Shown here piece after piece: positions 56,677 through 64,000 of a stretch of DNA of 64,000 nucleotides. A program made the position numbers and the translations under genes. The notes below the pieces were generated by a model that saw nothing but the letters and a program-made list of their open reading frames with translations, was not told the DNA's origin and searched no databases. This DNA comes from Candidatus Spongiisociaceae bacterium (GTDB taxonomy: Bacteria > Actinomycetota > Acidimicrobiia > Spongiisociales > Spongiisociaceae): the NCBI GenBank assembly GCA_965219685.1, contig CBDCOH010000002.1, forward strand, positions 3,392,001 to 3,456,000, given 5' to 3'. Position 1 is the first letter of the stretch. Every line of letters begins with the position of its first letter.

Positions 56677-57647
56677 GACGCCCTGGTCCTAGGGTCTATC
56701 AGCGGGTACAGGAGGTCGGCCGCCAGGTTCGCGATCAGCACCGCCCCCGTAAAGACCAGAAAGGCCGCCTGCATCACGGGATAGTCACGGCCCGAGACCG
56801 CTTCAAAGACCAGTCGACCGAGCCCCGGATACGAGAACACCGTTTCGATGATCACCGTGCCCCCGAAGGCAAACCCGAGCCGGATGGCGAGAACCGTGAC
56901 CACCGGAGCGATTGTGTTGCGGGCGACATGCCCGAACAGCACCCTGCGCTCGCCGACGCCCTTCGCTCTCGCGGTACGGATGTAGTCCTCTCCCAGCGTT
57001 TCGAGCATCGCGTAGCGCATCGTCATGTAGACACCCGGCGTGGCGAGGATCGACAGGGTGACCACCGGAAGTGCGGCGTGGCTGACAATGTCCAAGGCGT
57101 ACGCCCAGCCCTCCAAGTCGGCCGCGGGGGTGACGGCACCGTACGACGGCAACAGCCGCCATTGGACCGCGAAGATCGAGATCAGCATCATACCCAACCA
57201 GAAGGAGGGCAGAGACTCGATCGATATCATCCCCGACAACAGGCTCAAGTCGCCCTTCGTACCTCGCCGCCAAGCGGAGAGCGCCCCCAGCACCACCCCG
57301 ACGATCGATGACACCACCAGCGAAAGGCCCGTGATCAGCAACGTCCAGGGAAGCCGGTCGAGGATCATGTCGACGATCGGCCGCTTCGACCGGAACGAGT
57401 AGCCGAAGTCGCCGGTGAGGATGTCGCCCCAGTACCGGAGGTACTGCTTCCAGAGGGGAGCGTCCAGCCCCACCCGGGCCACGATCTCCGCCCTGTCCTC
57501 GGGGCTGAGGAGACCGACGTCCACCCCGGCGATCAGGGCGAGCGGATTCCCCGGCATCAACCTGGGCAGCAGGAAGTTGAGCGTCACCGCCACCACCACG
57601 ACCGTCCCGTACTGGGCCAGCCGACGGAGATCGATGCGCCGTCTCAA
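56673..57647 (-). CDS. Peptide/nickel-type ABC permease (DppB-like)
   Basis: GDFGYSF, EDYIRTARAKG, ETVFSYPGLG, RDYPV. Confidence 0.9.
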   Translation of the reverse strand: MRRRIDLRRLAQYGTVVVVAVTLNFLLPRLMPGNPLALIAGVDVGLLSPEDRAEIVARVGLDAPLWKQYLRYWGDILTGDFGYSFRSKRPIVDMILDRLPWTLLITGLSLVVSSIVGVVLGALSAWRRGTKGDLSLLSGMISIESLPSFWLGMMLISIFAVQWRLLPSYGAVTPAADLEGWAYALDIVSHAALPVVTLSILATPGVYMTMRYAMLETLGEDYIRTARAKGVGERRVLFGHVARNTIAPVVTVLAIRLGFAFGGTVIIETVFSYPGLGRLVFEAVSGRDYPVMQAAFLVFTGAVLIANLAADLLYPLIDPRTRAS

Positions 57648-57788
57648 GCCGGCGGCTCAGCCTTGCCTGCGGCCTCCCGTGATCCCCGGAGGGGGCCGGG
57701 CAATCCCCCGGCGGCCCGTCCCTCGGCCATGGAATACCTCGTCAGCGTGCGGGCGGGCCACCGAATATCACCGTCATTCGGCCCTTCC

Positions 57789-59801
57789 CTAAGGACGCGC
57801 CGACGGAGCAAGCAGGGACAGCTTGCTGACGATGCCCTGTCCGGCGATGAACTCCCAATCCGAATAGACGCTCGAGTCGTACACGTAGGCCCCATCGGGA
57901 TACAGCAGCAGCACGAAGGGCAACTCCTCGGCGATTATCTCCTGCATCCGAAGCAGGATGGCGATGCGCTCCGCCGGGTCGGGCTCGACGGGCAGCGCCT
58001 CGGAGAGCGCATCCATCTCGTCGTTGCCGAAGCCGGTCAGGTTGAGGAACCCGCTGGCCGTGGAGCTGTGGACCAACCAAGGCAGTCGCAGCGGGTCGGC
58101 CTGCACGGGCGCCGACCATCCCCACATCGCGATGTCGTAGTTGCGGCCGTTGTTCACGTCGAAGCCCGGCCAAACCGCCTGCTCCCAGGTCGCGGTCTCG
58201 ACCGACGCAACCGAGGTCTCTATCCCGATCGCGGCCAGCATCTCCACGGTCAACTCGGCGATCCGGAGCCGCAGCGAGTCAGGCGCGTTGGTGATGATCT
58301 CGAACGACATGGGCTGTCCGTCAAACTCGCGCACCCCGTCGCCGTCGCTGTCGGCGTACCCTGCTTCGTCGAGAAGGGCGTTGGCCGCGGCCGGGTCGTA
58401 CACGGGGATGATCGACGGGTTGTAGGACCGGTGCTCGGGATGTATCCAGCCCGGACTCCCCACGGTCGCCGCACCCAGGTATACGGTGTCGACGATGTCC
58501 TGGCGGTTCATGGCCAGGTTGATGGCCTGGCGGACCGCAACGTCGTCGAAGGGACGCTTCGAGGCGTCGTAGTTGATCATCTGGGTGGTGAACTCGGGTC
58601 CTAGGACGATGTCCAGCGGGTCCTGGGCGTCCAGCAGATCGATCTGCTCCGGAGGTATGCGCTCGAAGATCACGTCGACCTCGCCTGTGCGGATGGCGGC
58701 CTGCGCTCCTGCGTCGTCGGCGAAGACGATGACCACCAGCTCCCCGACCGCCGGCGCGCCCCGGAAATAGTCGGGATTGGCCTCGAATCGGTAACTCTGG
58801 CCCTCGACGTACTCGACCAGCTTGTACGGACCGGTCCCGATGTTGGTGGCGCCGAAGTCGTGCTCCGACGGAAGCGGGACCGACTCCCAGACGTGGCGCG
58901 GGATGATGGGCGCGTCAGCCAGCGCCACCAAGTCGAATCCGGCGTTGGGCCTGCTGAGGACGAAGGTCAGGTTGTGGTCGTCGCTCACCACCACGTCCGC
59001 TACGCCGCTGAAGTCGCGGGCGAACCGGCTCGCCTCGGGGTTGTTCACGTAGTAGTCGACGCTGAAAGCCACATCAGCGGCGGTCAGGGGCTGCCCGTCG
59101 TGGAACGTCACCCCTTCGACCAAGGTCACGGAGTATTCGGTCAGGTCGTCGTTCACGGCGACGCTGGACGCCAGCCACGGCTGCGGGATGCCGTCGGCGT
59201 CGAGCTGCATGAGCGAGTCGTACTGGATCATCAGCAGGTTCCATCCGGGGAAGCCGCTGATGTAGGTGTACGGGTTGAGGGTTCCCTCGTCGCCGGTGAC
59301 CGCCGCCCGTACCGTGACCGGTCCCGCGGCCGCCTCCTGCTCCATCATCGCCTCGTCGAGCATCTGCTCGGCCTCTTCGAGAGCGGACTCCGCGGCGGCC
59401 AGCGCCTGCTCGGAGGCTTCAGCCGCCTCCGCGGCCCTCTGCTCGGCCTCCTCGAGGGCAGCCTGCGCATCTGCCAGCGCCGACTGGGATGTCTCGTCCC
59501 CCTCCATGGCTGCGGCGGCCGCTGCCGCGGCTGCTTCCAGATCGGCTTGCGCCTGGGCCAGCGCATCCGCCGCCGCTTCGGCCTCCGCCTGGGCCGACGC
59601 CGCCTCGGACTGGGCGGCGGCAGCTTCAGACTGGGCGGCCGCAGCCTGTGCCTGCGCGGCGGTCACTTCCTCCGCCGACGCGTCCTCGCCGCCGTCACCG
59701 CACGCAGTGGCAACCAACGAAAGAGCAGCCAGCAGCACGAAGAGCTTCCGCCTCCGGCGCGATCGTCCGCGCGAGTGAACTACGGGGTCTCCCGATGACA
59801 T
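57789..59801 (-). CDS. Family-5 ABC substrate-binding lipoprotein (DppA-like) with a long Ala/Glu/Gln coiled-coil linker
   Basis: Lipobox VATACG, FHDGQPLTAADVAFS, GTGPYKL, VRQAINLA. Confidence 0.9.
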   Translation of the reverse strand: MSSGDPVVHSRGRSRRRRKLFVLLAALSLVATACGDGGEDASAEEVTAAQAQAAAAQSEAAAAQSEAASAQAEAEAAADALAQAQADLEAAAAAAAAAMEGDETSQSALADAQAALEEAEQRAAEAAEASEQALAAAESALEEAEQMLDEAMMEQEAAAGPVTVRAAVTGDEGTLNPYTYISGFPGWNLLMIQYDSLMQLDADGIPQPWLASSVAVNDDLTEYSVTLVEGVTFHDGQPLTAADVAFSVDYYVNNPEASRFARDFSGVADVVVSDDHNLTFVLSRPNAGFDLVALADAPIIPRHVWESVPLPSEHDFGATNIGTGPYKLVEYVEGQSYRFEANPDYFRGAPAVGELVVIVFADDAGAQAAIRTGEVDVIFERIPPEQIDLLDAQDPLDIVLGPEFTTQMINYDASKRPFDDVAVRQAINLAMNRQDIVDTVYLGAATVGSPGWIHPEHRSYNPSIIPVYDPAAANALLDEAGYADSDGDGVREFDGQPMSFEIITNAPDSLRLRIAELTVEMLAAIGIETSVASVETATWEQAVWPGFDVNNGRNYDIAMWGWSAPVQADPLRLPWLVHSSTASGFLNLTGFGNDEMDALSEALPVEPDPAERIAILLRMQEIIAEELPFVLLLYPDGAYVYDSSVYSDWEFIAGQGIVSKLSLLAPSARP

Positions 59802-59906
59802 GGATCCGCCTCCCTATCCGAGGAAAAGCATCATACCCTATGGGCTCGGAAGCATTAGGGGCCGAAAGCCGTCGACGGCCCCGTAGCGGTCGGCAGGAGA
59901 TGCGAC

Positions 59907-60229
59907 CTAGACGGCTAGTCGCTAGTCTGTAGTTGGTGAGCGGTGGTTAGCGTTAGCGCGCGACAGTCCGAGCACGGTAGCAGTAGTGCCGGTCCGTTCC
60001 GTGGTCGCGCGGAGGAGGATTCACGGAGTAGAAGCGCGGGGATCCGAACTCACCTACAGATGTGTTGTACGCCTGTTCCTGGACTCGGACCTCTGGCTGG
60101 CACTTCGTGAAGAGCCCACTGGGCGCAACCGCGAGACCTAAACGGTGCTCCCGAGGATGGCCAATGATGCGATCTATCGTTAACCGCTGCCTACCAACTA
60201 GTAACTACAGACTACCGACTAGGAACTAA
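59907..60229. repeat. Heptamer-armed non-coding element, copy 2 (conserved core 60073-60165)
   Basis: Imperfect ~45-bp inverted arms (59915-59957 vs 60174-60222); core shared with 29373-29466. Confidence 0.88.
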
Positions 60230-62293
60230 TCATCCGGACGGACCCGCGAGGTGGCACGAGACCCATCGTCCTGGAGTCACCTCGACCAGTTCGGGCTTGA
60301 CGGTCGAGCACAAACCTTCCACCGCGACCGGGCAGCGGGTATGGAAGCGGCAACCGGGTGGGGGATCCGTCGGGCTGGGCAGGTCCCCTACCAGCTTGGC
60401 GCTCCGGCTCGACCTCGCGCTCGGGTCCGGAACCGGCACCGCAGCGAGCAGCGCCTCGGTGTACGGGTGCAGGGGGGCCTCGTAGATCCGGTCGCGGGGC
60501 GCCCGCTCCACGATCTCCCCCAGATACATCACGGCCACCTCGTGCGAGATGTGACGTACCACCGCCAAGTCGTGGGCGATGAATACGATGGCCATGCCGG
60601 TCCTCGACTGGAGATCGGCCAGAAGGTTGACCACCTGCGCCTGAACCGAAACGTCCAGGGACGATACGGGCTCGTCGCACACCACCACCGCCGGCTCGGC
60701 GGCCAGGGCGCGGGCTACGGCGATCCGTTGCCTCTGCCCTCCGCTGAACTCATGGGGATGCCGTCGGCCCGCGTCGGCCGGGAGGCCCACCTGCGTGAGG
60801 AGTTCGGCTACCCGGTCCTGGATCCCTTGAGCGTCGGCAAGCCGGTGGATGCGCAGCGGCTCGCTCACGACATCGGCTACCCGCATCCCCGGGTTCATAG
60901 CCGAGAAGGGATCCTGGAAGACCATCTGCACCACCCGCCGGTGCCGTCCGCTGCGGTGGTCGATCGGCTCGCCGTTGATCTCGATCGTCCCTCCGGTGGG
61001 CCGTACCAGCGCCACCAGCGCCCGGCCCAGCGTGGTCTTCCCGCATCCGCTCTCGCCGACGACGCCCAGTGTCCTCCCCCTGCGCACGTCCAGATCGACG
61101 CCGTCCACGGCCCGGATCGTCCCCTTCCGCGACCGGCCGAACCCCCGCACGACCGGGAAGTGAACCCGCAGGTCCCGTATCGAAACCACCACGCCGCCGT
61201 CCCCGCCGCCGTCCGTACGGCCCCCGGCGGTGGACCCCTCTGGCCACAGAACGGAGGCCGGCCCCATCTGGTGGTGGTGCACGCACGCCGACCGGTGCCC
61301 GGCGGGCCCGACCGGGGTCAACTCCGGGAGTTCGTCCTGGCAGCCCTGACCCACCAACGGGCAGCGGGCATCGAAGGGGCAAGCCGCCAAATCCCGGGTG
61401 ACTCGGAACGGCGTTCCCGGTATCTCGGCCAGGCGGGTGGTGGCCGGGCGGTCCAGCCGGGGGATCGAACGGAGCAGCCCGGACGTGTACGGGTGGCGGG
61501 TCGCCCGGTAGAGATCGGACGCCTGACCGGTCTCGAGTATCCGGCCCGCGTACATCACGGCCACCCGATCGGCTATCTCCGCCACCACCCCGAGGTCATG
61601 GGTGATCCAGACCACCGCCAACCGGTACTCGGACTGGAGCTCGCGGACGAGGTCGACGATCTGGGCCTGGACGGTCACATCGAGAGCCGTGGTCGGCTCA
61701 TCGGCGATCAGCAGCTTCGGGTCGCACGCGAGGGCCATGGCGATCATGGCCCGCTGGCGCATCCCTCCCGAGAACTCGTGCGGGTAGTCGTCCACCCTGG
61801 CGGCGGCGGACGGTATGCCCACCCGGTCCAGGAGCCGGATAGCCCGGCGCCGCGCCTCGGCCCGCGTGAAGCCGCGGTGTATCCGGAGGCTCTCACCGAT
61901 CTGCCGACCGACCCGGTGGACAGGGTTCAGCGACGACATGGGTTCCTGGAAGACCATCGCCACGTCGCGACCCCGGAAACGGTTCATCTCTCGCCCGGAC
62001 ATGCCCAGAACCTCGCGGCCCCGTAGCCGGATGGATCCCGACACGACCGCGGGCGGTGTCGCCAGCAGGCCCATCACTGCGAGCATCGATACGCTCTTGC
62101 CGGATCCGGACTCCCCCACCAGGGCGAACGTCTCGCCGGCACCGACGGTGAGGCTCACGCCGCTTACAGCCCGGACCGTCTCGGTGGGAAGCTCGAAGCG
62201 GACCGCCAGGTCCGCGATGTCCAGCAGGCTCGCGCCGAAGTCCGTTTCATCCCGCGATGGCTCGCCCCTTCCGACAGCGGTGGCCGTGGTCAT
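60230..62293 (-). CDS. Fused DppD/DppF ABC ATPase
   Basis: Two Walker A motifs (GESGSGKS, GESGCGKT), two FSGG signatures, Cys-rich oligopeptide tails. Confidence 0.92.
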   Translation of the reverse strand: MTTATAVGRGEPSRDETDFGASLLDIADLAVRFELPTETVRAVSGVSLTVGAGETFALVGESGSGKSVSMLAVMGLLATPPAVVSGSIRLRGREVLGMSGREMNRFRGRDVAMVFQEPMSSLNPVHRVGRQIGESLRIHRGFTRAEARRRAIRLLDRVGIPSAAARVDDYPHEFSGGMRQRAMIAMALACDPKLLIADEPTTALDVTVQAQIVDLVRELQSEYRLAVVWITHDLGVVAEIADRVAVMYAGRILETGQASDLYRATRHPYTSGLLRSIPRLDRPATTRLAEIPGTPFRVTRDLAACPFDARCPLVGQGCQDELPELTPVGPAGHRSACVHHHQMGPASVLWPEGSTAGGRTDGGGDGGVVVSIRDLRVHFPVVRGFGRSRKGTIRAVDGVDLDVRRGRTLGVVGESGCGKTTLGRALVALVRPTGGTIEINGEPIDHRSGRHRRVVQMVFQDPFSAMNPGMRVADVVSEPLRIHRLADAQGIQDRVAELLTQVGLPADAGRRHPHEFSGGQRQRIAVARALAAEPAVVVCDEPVSSLDVSVQAQVVNLLADLQSRTGMAIVFIAHDLAVVRHISHEVAVMYLGEIVERAPRDRIYEAPLHPYTEALLAAVPVPDPSARSSRSAKLVGDLPSPTDPPPGCRFHTRCPVAVEGLCSTVKPELVEVTPGRWVSCHLAGPSG

Positions 62294-62343
62294 CCGGACA
62301 CCTGCCCCGGCATAAGATCGCGCCGAGCGACTCGTAGGCAAGG

Positions 62344-63276
62344 ATGGGGGCGCCGATGTCCATTCATACAGGGCAACATACACAAACCGGGGACAGCGCG
62401 GCGGGCAGCGACGGGTGGGGCGTCCCGGTTCCTGTCGACTTGAAGGCGCTCAACGCCGGCCTGGAGGATGGCCGGGCCACTGTCGACATCGGCATCTTCT
62501 ATCCGGACAACCTGGAACGGGCCCACCGTCGCAGAGTACAACTCGAAACGGTCATCGACGGCGTGCTCGAAGCTCGACGTATCTTCGGCAAGGTCGGCGT
62601 CCAGTTGGCCCTCGTCTCGGTCAGGACCGGGCCTGTCGATCCGACCCTGCTGGTCGTCCTGGCCGAGGAGCCGGGCACGGAACTTCCCGGGGGACGATAC
62701 GCAAACCTGTACGTGGAGCGACAGAAGCGGCCATCCCGGCTGTCGCCCGCGGCCCGGGCAGCGTTCGAGAGCGTGATCGACGCCCGGGCGGGGCACCACC
62801 GCCGTATCCATCTCCTAGTCCTCGAGGACGTCTTCATATCGTTCCACGACAGGATCGACGAACGTACCTGGCAGTTGAAGACCGTCGCCACCAGTGCAAT
62901 GTCCTTCCCGGGCTACTCGTACCGGGACACGATCCCGCGCCATCTCCGGGGTGTCATCACGCTCACCGACCTCGCACGGCCCCGGTCCTGGAAGACGGTC
63001 GCCCACGAACTCGGACACAAGTTGATCAACGCCAGCCACGAGTACCGCGACATCGACCCTCAACACGAGGTCTACGCCGAGGGGGGCCTGCTGCTGTACG
63101 GAGACGGAACCGACATCCCATCCGGTCCCGAAGGGCGGTTCCACCGGGAGAGGCTGCTCCGGTCACCGTTCATCCACCGCAAGGACGCAGATGGGACCAA
63201 AGTGTGGAACCCCGACTACCTGGACGGCGGCGGCTACTACGACCGTATATACGAAGGGCTGACGGTGGAGTGGTGA
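62344..63276 (+). CDS. Hypothetical HEXXH zinc-metalloprotease-like protein
   Basis: VAHELGHKLINASH; start uncertain. Confidence 0.6.
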   Translation: MGAPMSIHTGQHTQTGDSAAGSDGWGVPVPVDLKALNAGLEDGRATVDIGIFYPDNLERAHRRRVQLETVIDGVLEARRIFGKVGVQLALVSVRTGPVDPTLLVVLAEEPGTELPGGRYANLYVERQKRPSRLSPAARAAFESVIDARAGHHRRIHLLVLEDVFISFHDRIDERTWQLKTVATSAMSFPGYSYRDTIPRHLRGVITLTDLARPRSWKTVAHELGHKLINASHEYRDIDPQHEVYAEGGLLLYGDGTDIPSGPEGRFHRERLLRSPFIHRKDADGTKVWNPDYLDGGGYYDRIYEGLTVEW

Positions 63277-63451
63277 ATGGTGGCGACGTGGCGGAGTTGC
63301 AGGGTTGTCTATGCCCTTTGAGGGGCGTCGGTTGCCGGATCGTCCCGTCGTCAGACGCCGGTGGTTAGGTACCACGGGCCCCGGTGAACTGCTACCACCG
63401 CCCTCCGTCAGCAGAAACCAGGTCTCGGGAGCCGGATACCCTCAAGAGTTG

Positions 63452-63488
63452 CCAACCACTCACCACTCACCACTCACCACTCACCAAC
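63452..63488 (-). repeat. 7-bp tandem repeat (TGGTGAG)4 immediately after the DUF3566 stop codon
   Basis: ccactca ccactca ccactca ccactca cca on the + strand. Confidence 0.9.
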
Positions 63489-63956
63489 CTACTGGGCGAG
63501 TGTGGGGAGGTCGGCCTGGTCGTAGGGCACTGCAAGGGGATCCGGGTCAAGCTCCGGAAAGGTCACCGGCACCCCTGCTTCCGGCGCTCGAAGTGTCTCC
63601 TCCAACATCACCACCTCCACGCCGCCCACCACATCGGAAGTCAGGTTGTAGAACACGGCGGCAAGGGTCGACAGCAGCGTCATCGCCACCCCGAAGACCA
63701 CGGACCCGAACACCGCCACTCTCACGAACCTGGCGCCGTTGTTGAAGATGACCGCGCCATCGTCTATGAGGCTTATGAGCACGAGGAAGTTGTCCAGGGC
63801 CTGCGGGATACCGACCCGCACCAGCAAGGACCAGAGGATCAGGAGCCCGATCAGCGTGGCGATGGCGAAGACAACGTGCAGGAGGAGCGACACCTTGAAG
63901 ACGGTCCATGGGTCGAACTTGCGGATGACCCGCCTTACACGCCGGACAGTCACCAT
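63489..63956 (-). CDS. DUF3566-domain membrane protein
   Basis: RRVIRKFDPWTVFKVS...AVFYNLTSDVVGGVEV. Confidence 0.88.
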   Translation of the reverse strand: MVTVRRVRRVIRKFDPWTVFKVSLLLHVVFAIATLIGLLILWSLLVRVGIPQALDNFLVLISLIDDGAVIFNNGARFVRVAVFGSVVFGVAMTLLSTLAAVFYNLTSDVVGGVEVVMLEETLRAPEAGVPVTFPELDPDPLAVPYDQADLPTLAQ

Positions 63957-64000
63957 CAGATATCCGTCCGGACGCCGGCCGCGGCCTCCTCATCGTGGCC
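63956..64000 (-). CDS. 3' end of upstream gene (possibly gyrA, by synteny only)
   Basis: ...GHDEEAAAGVRTDI* with TGATG overlap into DUF3566; too short for a motif. Confidence 0.35.
   Translation of the reverse strand, partial: GHDEEAAAGVRTDI

Noticed and set aside
60073-60165. Conserved core as a c-di-GMP-I riboswitch or hammerhead ribozyme
   Set aside because: GGCGCAA...CTAAAC is only superficially similar. The GGCAAA/GAAA P2 elements and the CTGATGA/GAAA hammerhead core are missing, and copy 1 lies between convergent genes where a riboswitch could not act
3849-62026. Long antisense and alternate-frame ORFs (e.g. 3849-5348, 12655-14640, 21553-23931, 60251-62026)
   Set aside because: Shadow ORFs of well-supported genes, expected in high-GC DNA; no motifs
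24210-63488. Short tandem repeats as a CRISPR array
   Set aside because: Units are 7 bp and contiguous, with no unique spacers, and no cas genes are present

Overview
High-GC bacterial DNA, most likely an actinobacterium of the Acidimicrobiia type. This is inferred from the DUF3566 gene, the F420-type LLM oxidoreductase and lipoprotein SBPs with long Thr/Ala linkers. The window lies between a DUF3566 gene (right end) and tRNA-Ile(GAT) (left end). These are normally direct neighbours downstream of gyrA, so about 60 kb of accessory cargo appears to have accumulated between them. The cargo comprises: organosulfur genes (sulfatase, Xsc, a Tat-less Mo-oxidoreductase with a fused NrfC/NrfD partner, a SauS-like dehydrogenase beside a divergent SucCD-like ligase, and an MBL-rhodanese); an AtzA/TriA-like amidohydrolase; two more ThDP enzymes; two TIM-barrel PEP-hydrolase-family genes; four ABC systems; a cobamide salvage cluster with a B12 riboswitch; four toxin-antitoxin loci, two with broken toxins; and several gene relics. 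The most unusual signal is non-coding. A ~93-nt, probably structured core occurs twice, 31 kb apart (29373-29466 and 60073-60165, 77/94 identical by hand alignment). Each copy is bracketed by inverted arms made of 7-bp repeats, and a solo arm sits at about 21.5 kb. Related 7-bp tandem repeats occur at many gene boundaries with a consistent strand polarity. All calls come from reading the sequence; no searches were run.
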